A DNA stretch of 64,000 nt from NCBI GenBank assembly GCA_964016885.1, contig OZ024740.1, forward strand, positions 6,200,001-6,264,000, read 5' to 3'. Origin of the DNA: Eledone cirrhosa (Eukaryota). The number at the start of each line of letters is the position of its first letter. The stretch's first letter is position 1. Positions 1-13,700 of the stretch are shown here, in pieces. Below the pieces are notes generated by a model. It worked only from the letters and a program-made list of their open reading frames with translations, had not been told where the DNA came from and did not search any database. Both the position numbers and the translations under genes were made by a program.

Positions 1-3000
1 ATATATATGATTGTGTAGTGTCCTTAGTAGAAATTCTTCTCCAAAGAGATTCATACTAAAATATTCATAGAACTGGTATATATATGATTGTGTAGTGTCC
101 TTAGTAGAAATACTTCACCAAAGAGATGTATACCATAATATTCATAGAACTGGTATATATATGATTGTATAGTGTCCTTAGTAGAAATACTTCACCAAAG
201 AGATTTATACCAAAATATTCATAGAACTGATTTATATCTGATTGTATAGAGTCCTCAGTACCAATTCTTCTCCAAAGAGATTTTTACCCAAATATTCATA
301 GAACTGTTATATATATGATTGTATAGTGTCCTTAGTAGAAATTCTTCACCAAAGAGATTTATACCAAAATATTCATAGTACTGGTATACATATGATTGCA
401 TAGTGTCCCCGGTAGAAATTCTTCACCAAGGAGATTTATACCAAAATAGTCATAGAAGTGGTATATATATGATTGTATAGTGTCCTTAGTAGAAATTCTT
501 CTCCAAAGAGATTTATAATAAAATTTTCATAGAACTGGTATATATATGATTGTGTAGTGTCCTTGGTAGAAATACTTCACCAAAGAGATGTATACCAAAA
601 TATTCATAGAACTGGTATATATATGATTGTATAGTGTCCTTAGTAGAAATTCTTCACCAAAGAGATTTATACCAAAATATTCATAGAATTGGTTTATATA
701 TGATTGTATAGTGTTCTTAGTAGCAATTCTTCACCAAAGAGATTTATACTAAAATATTCATAGAACAGGTTATATATGATAGTATAGTGTCCTTAGTAGA
801 AATACTTCACCAAAGAGATTTATAACAAAATATTCATAGAACGGGTATATATATGATTGTATAGTGTCCTTAGTAGAAATTCTTAAGCAAAGAAATTTAT
901 ACCAAAATATTCATAGAACGGGTATATATATGATTGTATAGTGTCCTTAGTAGGAATTCTTAAGCAAAGAGATTTATACCAAAATATTCATAGAACTGGT
1001 ATATATATGATTGTATAGTGTCCTTAGTAGGAATTCTTAAGCAAAAAGATTTATACCAAAATATTCATAGAACTGGTTGTATATGATTGTATAGTGTCCT
1101 TAGTAGAAATACTTCACCAAAGAGATTTATACCAAAATATTCATAGAACGGGTATATATATGATTGTATAGTGTCCTTAGAAGGAATTCTTAAGCAAAGA
1201 GATTTATACCAAAATATTCATAGAACTGGTTATATATGATTGTATAGTGTCCTTAGTAGAAATACTTCACCAAAGAGATTTATACCAAAATATTCATAGA
1301 ACGGGTATATATATGATTGTATAGTGTCCTTAGTAGAAATTCTTAAGCAAAGAAATTTATACCAAAATATTCATAGAACGGGTATATATATGATTGTATA
1401 GTGTACTTAGTAGAAATTCTTCACCAAAGACTTTATACCAAAATATACATAGAACTGGTATATATAGGATTGTATAGTGTCTTTAGTAGAAATACTTCAA
1501 CAAAGAGATTTATACCAAAATAACCATAGAACTGGTTTATATATGATTGTATAGTGTCCTTAGTAGAAATTCTTCACCAAAGAGATTTATACCAAAATAT
1601 TCATTGAACTGGTATACATATGATTGCATAGTGTCCCCGGTAGAAATTCTTCACCAAAGAGATTTATACCAAAATAGTCATAGAAGTGGTATATATATGA
1701 TTGTATAGTGTCCTTAGTAGAAATTCTTCACCAAAGAGATTTATACCCAAATTTTCATAGAATTGGTTTATATATGATTGTATAGTGACCTTAGTAGAAA
1801 TACTTCACCAAACGAGATTTATACCAAAATATTCATAGAATTGGTATGTATATGATTGTATAATGTCCTCAGTAGAAATACTTCCCCAAAGAGATTTATA
1901 CCAAAATAGTCATAGAACTGGCATATATATGAGTATATAGTGTCCTTAGTAGAAATTTTTCACCAAAGAGATTTATACCAAAACATTCATAGAACTGGTA
2001 TACATATGATTGCATAGTGTCCCCGGTAGAAATTCTTCACCAAAGAGATTTATACCAAAATATTCATAGAACTGGTATATATATGATTGTGTAGTGTCCT
2101 TAGTAGAAATACTGCACCAAAGAGATGTATACCAAAATATTCATAGAACTGGTATATATATGATTGTATAGTGTCCTTAGTAGAAATTCTTCTCCAAAGA
2201 GATTCATACTAAAATATTCATAGAACTGGTATATATATGATTGTATAGAGTCCTCAGTAGCAATTCTTCTCCAAAGAGATTTTTACCCAAATATTCATAG
2301 AACTGTCATATATATGATTGTATAGTGTCCTTAGTAGAAATTCTTCACCAAAGATGTTTATACCAAAATACTCATAGAACTGGTATACATATGATTGCAT
2401 AGGGTCCCCGGTAGAAATTCTTCACCAAGGAGATTTATACCAAAATAGTCATAGAAGTGGTATATATATGATTGTATAGTGTCCTTAGTAGAAATACTTC
2501 ACCAAAGAGATTTATACTAAAATATTCATAGAACTGGTATATATATGATTGTGTAGTGTCCTTGGTAGAAATATTTCACCAAAGAGATGTATACCAAAAT
2601 ATTCATAGAACTGGTATATATATGATTGTATAGTGTCCTTAGTAGAAATTCTTCACCAAAGAGATTTATACCAAAATATTCATAGAATTGGTTTATATAT
2701 GATTGTATAGTGTTCTTAGTAGCAATTCTTCACCAAAGAGATTTATACTAAAATATTCATAGAACAGGTTATATATGATAGTATAGTGTCCTTAGTAGAA
2801 ATACTTCACCAAAGAAATTCATAACAAATTATTCATAGAACGGGTATATATATGATTGTATAGTGTCCTTAGTAGAAATTCTTAAGCAAAGAAATTTATA
2901 CCAAAATATTCATAGAACGGGTATATATATGATTGTATAGTGTCCTTAGTAGGAATTCTTAAGCAAAGAGATTTATACCAAAATATTCATAGAACTGGTA

Positions 3001-4599
3001 TATATATGATTGTATAGTGTCCTTAGTAGGAATTCTTAAGCAAAAAGATTTATACCAAAATATTCATAGAACTGGTTGTATATGATTGTATAGGGTCCTT
3101 AGTAGAAATACTTCACCAAAGAGATTTATACCAAAATATTCATAGAACGGGTATATATATGATTGTATAGTGTCCTTAGTAGAAATTCTTCACCAAAGAC
3201 TTTATACCAAAATATACATAGAACTGGTATATATAGGATTGTATAGTGTCTTTAGTAGAAATACTTCACCAAAGAGATTTATACCAGAATATCCATAGAA
3301 CTGGTTTATATATGATTGTATAGTGTCCTTAGTAGAAATTCTTCACCAAAGAGATTTATACCAAAATATTCATTGAACTGGTATACATATGATTGCATAG
3401 TGTCCCCGGTAGAAATTCTTCACCAAAGAGATTTATACCAAAATAGTCATAGAAGTGGTATATATATGATTGTATAGTGTCCTTAGTAGAAATTCTTCTC
3501 CAAAGAGATTTATACTAAAATATTCATAGAACTGGTATATATATGATTGTGTAGTGTCCTTGGTAGAAATACTTCACCAAAGAGATGTATACCAAAATAT
3601 TCATAGAACTGGTATATATATGATTGTATAGTGTCCTTAGAAGGAATTCTTAAGCAAAGAGATTTATACCAAAATATTCATAGAACGGGTATATATATGA
3701 TTGTATAGTGTCCTTAGTAGAAATTCTTAAGCAAAGAAATTTATACCAAAATATTCATAGAACGGGTATATATATGATTGTATAGTGTCATTAGTAGAAA
3801 TTCTTCACCAAAGACTTTATAACAAAATATACATAGAACTGGTATATATAGGATTGTATAGTGTCTTTAGTAGAAATACTTCACCAAAGAGATCTATACC
3901 AAAATATCCATAGAACTGGTTTATATATGATTGTATAGTGTCCTTAGTAGAAATTCTTAAGCAAAGAAATTTATACCAAAATATTCATAGAACGGGTATA
4001 TATATGATTGTATAGTGTCCTTAGTAGAAATTCTTAAGCAAAGAGATTCATACCAAAATATTCATAGTACGCGTATATATATGATTGTATAGTGTTCTTA
4101 GTAGAAATGCTTCACCAAAGAGATTTATACCCAAATATTCATAGAACTGTTATATATATGATTGTATAGTGTCCTTAGTAGAAATTCTTCACCAAAGAGA
4201 TTTATACCAAAATAGTCATAGAACTGGTATATATATGATTGTATAGTGTCATTAGTAGAAATTCTTCACCAAAGAGATTTATACCAAAATATTCATAGAA
4301 CTGGTATATATATGATTGTATAGTGTCATTAGTAGAAATTCTTCACCAAAGAGATATATACCAAAATATTCATAGAACTGGTATACATATGATTACATAG
4401 TGTCCCCGGTAGAAATTCTTCACCAAAGAGATTTATACCAAAATAGTCATAGAAGTGGTATATATATGATTGTATACTGTCCTTAGTAGAAATTCTTCTC
4501 CAAAGAGATTTATACTAAAATATTCATAGAACTGGTATATATATGATTGTGTAGTGTGCTTGGTAGAAATACTTCACCAAAGAGATGTATACCAAAATA

Positions 4600-7500
4600 T
4601 TCATAGAAGTATTATATATATGATTGTATAGTGTCCTTAGTAGAAATTCTTCACCAAAGAGATTTATACCCAAATATTCATAGAATTGGTTTATATATGA
4701 TTGTATAGTGTCCTTAGTAGAAATAATTCACGAAACGAGATTTATACCAAAATATTCATAGAACTGGTATATATATGATTGTATAGTGTCCTTAGTAGAA
4801 ATACTTCACCAAACGAGATTTATACCAAAATATTCATAGAACTGGTATATATATGATTGTATAATGTCCTTAGTAGAAATACTTCACCAAAGAGATTTAT
4901 ACCAAAATATTCATAGAACTGGTATATATATGATTGTATAGTGTCCTTAGTAGAAATTCTTAAGCAAAGAAATTCATACCAAAATATTCATAGAACTGGT
5001 ATATATATGATTGTATAGTGTCCTTCGTAGAAATTCTTAAGCGAAGAAATTTATACCAAAATATTCATAGAACTGGTATATATATGATTGTATAGTGTTC
5101 TTAGTAGAAATTCTTCACGAAAGAGATTTATACCAAAATATTCATAGAACTGGTATATATATGATTGTATAGTGTCCTTAGTAGAAATTCTTAAGCAAAG
5201 AAATTTATACCAAAATATTCATAGAACGGGTATATATATGATTGTATAGTGTCCTTAGTAGAAATTCTTAAGCATAGAGATTCATACCAAAATATCCATA
5301 GAACGGGTATATATATGATTGTATAGTGTTCTTAGTAGAAATGCTTCACTAACGAGATGTATACCAAAATATTCATAGAACTGGTATATATATGATTGTG
5401 TAGTGTCCTTAGTAGAAATACCTCCACAAAGAGATGTATACCAAAATATTCATAGAAGTGGTATATATATGATTGTATAGTGTCCTTAGTAGAAATTCTT
5501 CACTAAAGAGGTTTATACCAAAATATTCATAGAACTGGTATATATATGATTGTATAGTGTACTTAGTAGAAACTCTTCACCAAAGATTTTATACCAAAAT
5601 ATTCATAGAACTGGTATATATATGATTGTATAGTGTCCTTAGTAGAAATACTTCACCAAAGAGAATTATACCAAAATATTCACAGAACTGCTGTATATAT
5701 GATTGTATAGTGTCCTTAGTAGAAATTCTTCACCAAATAGATTCAGACCAAAATATTCATAGAACTGGTATATATATGATTGTATAGTGTCCTAGTAGAA
5801 ATTCTTCACCAAAGAGATTCATACCAAAATATTCATAGAACTTGTATATTTATGATAGTATAGTGTCCTTAGTAGAAATTCTTCACCAAAGAGATTTATA
5901 CCAAAATATTCATAGAATTGGTATACATATGATTGCATAGTGTCCCCGGTAGAAATTCTTCACCAAAGAGATTTATACCAAAATATTCATAGAACTGGTA
6001 TATATATGATTGTGTAGTGTCCTTAGTAGAAATACTTCCCCAAAGAGATTCATACCAAAATATCCATAGAAGTGTTATATATGTGATTGTATAGTGTCCT
6101 TAGTAGAAATTCTTCACCAAAGAGGTTTATACCAAAATATTCATAGAACTGGTATATATATGATTGTATAGTGTACTTAGTAGAAACTCTTCACCAAAGA
6201 TTTTATACCAAAATATTCATAGAACTGGTATATATATGATTGTATAGTGTCCTTAGTAGAAATACTTCACCAAACGAGATTTATACCAAAATATTCATAG
6301 AAGTATTATATATATGATTGTATAGTGTCCTTAGTAGAAATTCTTCACCAAAGAGATTTATACCCAAATATTCATAGAATTGGTTTATATATGATTGTAT
6401 AGTGTCCTTAGTAGAAATAATTCACCAAACGAGATTTATACCAAAATATTCATAGAACTGGTATATATATGATTGTATAGTGTCCTTAGTAGAAATACTT
6501 CACCAAACGAGATTTATACCAAAATATTCATAGAACTGGTATATATATGATTGTATAATGTCCTTAGTAGAAATACTTCACCAAAGAGATTTATACCAAA
6601 ATATTCATAGAACTGGTATATATATGATTGTATAGTGTCCTTAGTAGAAATTCTTAAGCAAAGAAATTCATACCAAAATATTCATAGAACTGGTATATAT
6701 ATGATTGTATAGTGTCCTTCGTAGAAATTCTTAAGCAAAGAAATTTATACCAAAATATTCATAGAACTGGTATATATATGATTGTATAGTGTTCTTAGTA
6801 GAAATTCTTCACGAAAGAGATTTATACCAAAATATTCATAGAACTGGTATATATATGATTGTATAGTGTCCTTAGTAGAAATTCTTAAGCAAAGAAATTT
6901 ATACCAAAATATTCATAGAACGGGTATATATATGATTGTATAGTGTCCTTAGTAGAAATTCTTAAGCATAGAGATTCATACCAAAATATTCATAGAACGG
7001 GTATATATATGATTGTATAGTGTTCTTAGTAGAAATGCTTCACTAAAGAGATGTATACCAAAATATTCATAGAACTGGTATATATATGATTGTGTAGTGT
7101 CCTTAGTAGAAATACCTCCACAAAGAGATGTATACCAAAATATTCATAGAAGTGGTATATATATGATTGTATAGTGTCCTTAGTAGAAATTCTTCACTAA
7201 AGAGGTTTATACCAAAATATTCATAGAACTGGTATATATATGATTGTATAGTGTACTTAGTAGAAACTCTTCACCAAAGATTTTATACCAAAATATTCAT
7301 AGAACTGGTATATATATGATTGTATAGTGTCCTTAGTAGAAATACTTCACCAAAGAGAATTATACCAAAATATTCACAGAACTGCTGTATATATGATTGT
7401 ATAGTGTCCTTAGTAGAAATTCTTAACCAAATAGATTCATAGCAAAATATTCATAGAACTGGTATATATATGATTGTATAGTGTCCTAGTAGAAATTCTT

Positions 7501-7740
7501 CACCAAAGAGATTCATACCAAAATATTCATAGAACTTGTATATTTATGATAGTATAGTGTCCTTAGTAGAAATTCTTCACCAAAGAGATTTATACCAAAA
7601 TATTCATAGAATTGGTATACATATGATTGCATAGTGTCCCCGGTAGAAATTCTTCACCAAAGAGATTTATACCAAAATATTCATAGAACTGGTTTATATA
7701 TGATTGTGTAGTGTCCTTAGTAGAAATACTTCACCAAAGA
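4600..7740. repeat. Tandem duplication with a 22-monomer period (1694 bp)
   Basis: agaagtattata at 4605 and 6299; Cctccacaaag at 5421 and 7115. Both pairs are 1694 bp apart (22x77). Boundaries are approximate. Confidence 0.82.
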
Positions 7741-10700
7741 GACGTATACCAAAATATTCATAGAACTGGTATATATATGATTGTATAGTGTCCTTAGGAG
7801 AAATTCTTCTCCAAAGAGATTTATACTAAAATATTCATAGAACTGGTATATATATGATTGTATAGTGTCTTTAGTAGAAATACTTCCCCAAAGAGATTCA
7901 TACCAAAATATCCATAGAAGTGTTATATATGTGATTGTATAGTGTCCTTAGTAGAAATTCTTCACCAAAGAGGTTTATACCAAAATATTCATAGAACTGG
8001 TATATATATGATTGTATAGTGTACTTAGTAGAAACTCTTCACCAAAGATTTTATACCAAAATATTCATAGAACTGGTATATATATGATTGTATAGTGTCC
8101 TTAGTAGAAATACTTCACCAAAGAGAATTATACCAAAATATTCACAGAACTGGTGTATATATGATTGTATAGTGTCCTTAGTAGAAATTCTTCTCCAAAG
8201 AGATTTTTACCCAAATATTCATAGATCTGTTATATATATGATTGTATAGTGTCCTTAGTAGAAATTCTTCACCAAAGAGATTTATACAAAAATATTCATA
8301 GAACTGGTATATATATGATTGTATAGTGTCCTTAGTAGAAATACTTCACCAAAGAGATTTATACCAAAATATTCATAGAACTGATTTAAATATGATTGTA
8401 TAGTGTCCTCAGTAGAAATTCTTCTCCAAAGAGATTTTTACCCAAATATTCATAGATCTGTTATATATATGATTGTAGAGTGTCCTTAGTAGAAATTCTT
8501 CACCAAAGAGATTTATACAAAAATATTCATAGAACTGGTATACATATGATTGCATAGTGTCCACGGTAGAAATTCTTCACCAAGGAGATTTATACCAAAA
8601 TAGTCATAGAAGTGGTATATATATGATTGTATAGTGTCCTTAGTAGAAATTCTTTTCCAAAGAGATTTATACTAAAATATTAATAGAACTTGTATATATA
8701 TGATTGTGTAGTGTCCTTGGTAGAAATACTTCACCAAAGAGATGTATACCAAAATATTCATAGAACTGGTATATATATGATTCTATAGTGTCCTTAGTAG
8801 AAATATTTCACTAAAGAGATTTATACCAAAATATTCATAGAAGTAGTATATATATGATTGTATAGTGTCCTTAGTAGAAATTCTTCACCAAAGAGATTTA
8901 TACCAAAATATTCATAGAATTGGTTTATATATGATTGTATAGTGTTCTTAGTAGCAATTCTTCACCAAAGAGATTTATACTAAAATATTCATAGAACAGG
9001 TTATATATGATAGTAGTGTCCTTAGTAGAAATACTTCACCAAAGAGATTTATACCAAAATATTCATAGAACGGGTATATATATGATTGTATAGTCCCCTT
9101 TGTAGAAATTCTTAAGGAAAGAAATTCATACCAAAATATTCATAGAACGGGTATATATATGATTGTATAGTGTCCTTAGTAGGAATTCTTAAGCAAAGAG
9201 ATTTATACCAAAATATTCATAGAACTGGTATATATATGATTGTATAGTGTCCTTAGTAGGAATTCTTAAGCAAAAAGATTTATACCAAAATATTCATAGA
9301 ACTGGTTATATATGATTGTATAGTGTCCTTAGTAGAAATACTTCACCAAAGAGATTTATACCAAAATATTCATAGAACGGGTATATATATGATTGTACAG
9401 TGTCCTTAGTAGGAATTCTTAAGCTAAGAGATTTATACCAAAATATTCATAGAACTGGTTATATATGATTGTATAGTGTCCTTAGTAGAAATTCTTCACC
9501 AAAGAGATTTATACCAAAATATTCATGGAACTGGTATACATGTGATTGCATAGTGTCCTTAGTAGAAATTCTTCACCAAAGAGATTTATACCCAAATATC
9601 CATAGAACTGGTTTATATATGATTGTATAGTGTCCTTAGTAGAAATTCTTCACCAAAGAGATATATACCAAAATATTCATAGAACTGGCATACATATGAT
9701 TGCATAGTGTCCTTAGTAGAAATACTTCACCAAAGAGATTTATACCGAAATATTCATAGAAGTAGTATATATATGATTGTATAGTGTCCTTAGTAGAAAT
9801 TCTTCACCAAAGAGATTTATACCCAAATATTCATAGAATTGGTTTATATATGAGTGTATAGTGTCCTTAGTAGAAATACTTCACCAAACGAGATTTATAC
9901 CAAAATATTCATAGAACTGGTATATATATGATTGTATAGTGTCCTTAGTAGAAATACTTCACCAAACGAGATTTATACCAAAATATTCATAGAACTGGTA
10001 TATATATGATTGTATAATGTCCTTAGTAGAAATACTTCACCAAAGAGATTTATACCAAAATATTCATAGAACTGGTATATATATGATTGTATAGTGTCTT
10101 TAGTAGAAATTCTTAAGCAAAGAAATTCATACCAAAATATTCATAGAACTGGTATATATATGATTGTATAGTGTCCTTCGTAGAAATTCTTAAGCTAAGA
10201 GATTCATACCAAAATATTCATAGAACTGGTTGTATATGATTGTAGAGTGTCCTTAGTAGAAATACTTCACCAAAGAGATTTTTACCAAAATATTCATATA
10301 ACGGGTACATATATATGATTGTATAGTGTCCTTAGAAGGGATTCTTAAGCAAAGAGATTTATACCAAAATATTCATAGAACGGGTATATATATGATTGTA
10401 TAGTGTCCTTAGTAGAAATTCTTAAGCAAAGAAATTTATACCAAAATATTCATAGAACGGGTATATATATGATTGTATAGTGTCCTTAGTAGAAATTCTT
10501 CACCAAAGACTTTATAATAAAATATACATAGAACTGGTATATATAGGATTGTATAGTGTCTTTAGTAGAAATACTTCACCAAAGAGATTTATACCCAAAT
10601 ATTCATAGAACTGTTATATATATGATTGTATAGTGTCCTTAGTAGAAATTCTTCACCAAAGAGATTTATACCAAAATAGTCATAGAACTGGTATATATAT

Positions 10701-13700
10701 GATTGTATAGTGTCCTTAGTAGAAATTGTTCACCAAAGAGATTTATACCAAAATATTCATAGAACTGGTATATATATGATTGTATAGTGTCATTAGTAGA
10801 AATTCTTCACCAAAGAGATATATACCAAAATATTCATAGAACTGGTATACATATGATTGCATAGTGTCCCCGGTAGAAATTCTTCACCAAAGAGATTTAT
10901 ACCAAAATAGTCATAGAAGTGGTATATATATGATTGTATACTGTCCTTAGTAGAAATTCTTCTCCAAAGAGATTTATACTAAAATATTCATAGAACTGGT
11001 ATATATATGATTGTGTAGTGTGCTTGCTAGAAATACTTCACCAAAGAGATGTATACCAAAATATTCATAGAACTGGTATATATATGATTGTATAGTGTCC
11101 TTAGTAGAAATACTTCACCAAACGAGATTTATACCAAAATATTCATAGAAGTATTATATATATGATTGTATAGTGTCCTTAGTAGAAATTCTTCACCAAA
11201 GAGATTTATACCCAAATATTCATAGAATTGGTTTATATATGATTGTATAGTGTCCTTAGTACAAATAATTCACCAAACGAGATTTATACCAAAATATTCA
11301 TAGAACTGGTATATATATGATTGTATAGTGTCCTTAGTAGAAATACTTCACCAAACGAGATTTATACCAAAATATTCATAGAACTGGTATATATATGATT
11401 GTATAATGTCCTTAATAGATATACTTCACCAAAGAGATTTATACCAAAATATTCATAGAACTGGTATATATATGATTGTATAGTGTCCTTCGTAGAAATT
11501 CTTAAGCAAAGAAATTCATACCAAAATATTCATAGAACTGGTATATATATGATTGTATAGTGTCCTTCGTAGAAATTCTTAAGCAAAGAAATTTATACCA
11601 AAATATTCATAGAACTGGTATATATATGATTGTATAGTGTTCTTAGTAGAAATTCTTCACCAAAGAGATTTATACCAAAATATTCATAGAACTGGTATAT
11701 ATATGATTGTTTAGTGTCCTTAGTAGAAATTCTTAAGCAAAGAAATTTATACCAAAATATTCATAGAACGGGTATATATATGATTGTATAGTGTCCTTAG
11801 TAGAAATTCTTAAGCAAAGAGATTCATACCAAAATATTCATAGAACGGGTATATATATGATTGTATAGTGTTCTTAGTAGAAATGCTTCACCAAAGAGAT
11901 TTATACCAAAATATTCATAGAACTGGTATATATATGATTGTGTAGTGTCCTTAGTAGAAATACTTTACTAAAGAGATTTATACCAAAATATTCATAGAAC
12001 TGGTATATATATGATTGTGTAGTGTCCTTATTAGAAATACCTCCACAAAGAGATGTATACCAAAATATTCATAGAAGTGGTATATATATGATTGTATAGT
12101 GTCCTTAGTAGAAATTCTTCACCAAAGAGGTTTATACCAAAATATTCATAGAACTGGTATATATATGATTGTATAGAGTACTTAGTAGAAACTCTTCACC
12201 AAAGATTTTATACCAAAATATTCATAGAACTGGTATATATATGATTGTATAGTGTCCTTAGTAGAAGTACTTCACCAAAGAGAATTATTCCAAAATATTC
12301 ACAGAACTGGTGTATATATGATTGTATAGTGTCCTTAGTAGAAATTCTTCACCAAAGAGATTAATACCAAAATATTCATAGAACCGGTATATATATGATT
12401 GTATAGTGTCCTTAGTAGAAATTCTTCACCAAAGAGATTCATACCAAAATATTCATAGAACTTGTATATTTATGATAGTATAGTGTCCCTAGTAGAAATT
12501 CTTCACCAAAGAGAATTATACCAAGATATTCATAGAACTGGTATATATATATGATTGTATAGTTTCCTTAGTAGAAATTCTTCACCAAAGAGATCTATAC
12601 CAAAATATTCATAGAACTGGTATAAATATGATTGTATAGTGTCCTTAGTAGAAATTCTTCACCAAAGAGATTTATACCAAAATATTCATAGAACTGGTAT
12701 ATATATGATTGTATAGTGTCCTTAGTAGAAATTCTTCTCCAAAGAGATTTATACCCAAATACTCATGGAACTGTTATATATATGATTCTATAGGGTCCTT
12801 AGTAGAAATTCTTCACCAAAGAGATTTATACCAAAATATTCATAGAACTGGTATATATATGAGTATATAGTGTCCTTAGTAGAAATTCTTCACCAAAGAG
12901 ATGTATACCAAAATATTCATAGAACTGGTATATATATGATTATATAGTGTCCTTAGTAGAAATTCTTCACCAAACAGATTTATACCAAAATATTCATAGA
13001 ACTGGTATACATATGATTGCATAGTGTCCCCCATAGAAATTCTTCACGAAAGAGATTTATACCAAAATATTCATAGAACTGGTATATATATGATTGTGTA
13101 GTGTCCTTAGTAAAAATACTTCACCAAAGAGATGTATACCAAAATATTCATAGAACTGGTATATATATGATTATATAGTGTGCTTAGTAGAAATTCTTCA
13201 CCAAACAGATTTATACCAAAATATTCACAGAACTGGTATACATATGATTGCATAGTGTCCCCGGTAGCAATTCTTAAGCAGAGAGATTTCTACCAAAATA
13301 TTCTTAGAACTGGTATACATATATGATTGTATAGTGTCCTTAGTAGAAATTCTTCTCCAAAGAGATTTATACTAAAATATTCATAGAACTGGTATATATA
13401 TATGATTGTGTAGTGTCCTTAGTAGAAATACTTCACCAAAGAGATGTATACCAAAATATTCATTGAACTGGTATATATATGATTGTATAGTGTCCTTAGT
13501 AGAAATACTTCACCAAAGAGATTTATACCAAAATATTCATAGCAGTGGTATATATATGATTGTATAGTGTCCGTAGTAGAAATTCTTCACCAAAGAGATT
13601 TATACCCAAATATTCATAGAATTGGTATATATATGATTGTATAGTGTCCTTAGAAGAAATTCTTCACCAAAGTCTTTATACCAAAATATACATAGAACTG

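Noticed and set aside
29-38. Heat-shock element in AGAAATTCT
   Set aside because: An HSE needs nGAAnnTTCn spacing in three alternating units. Here GAA and TTC are separated by one base.
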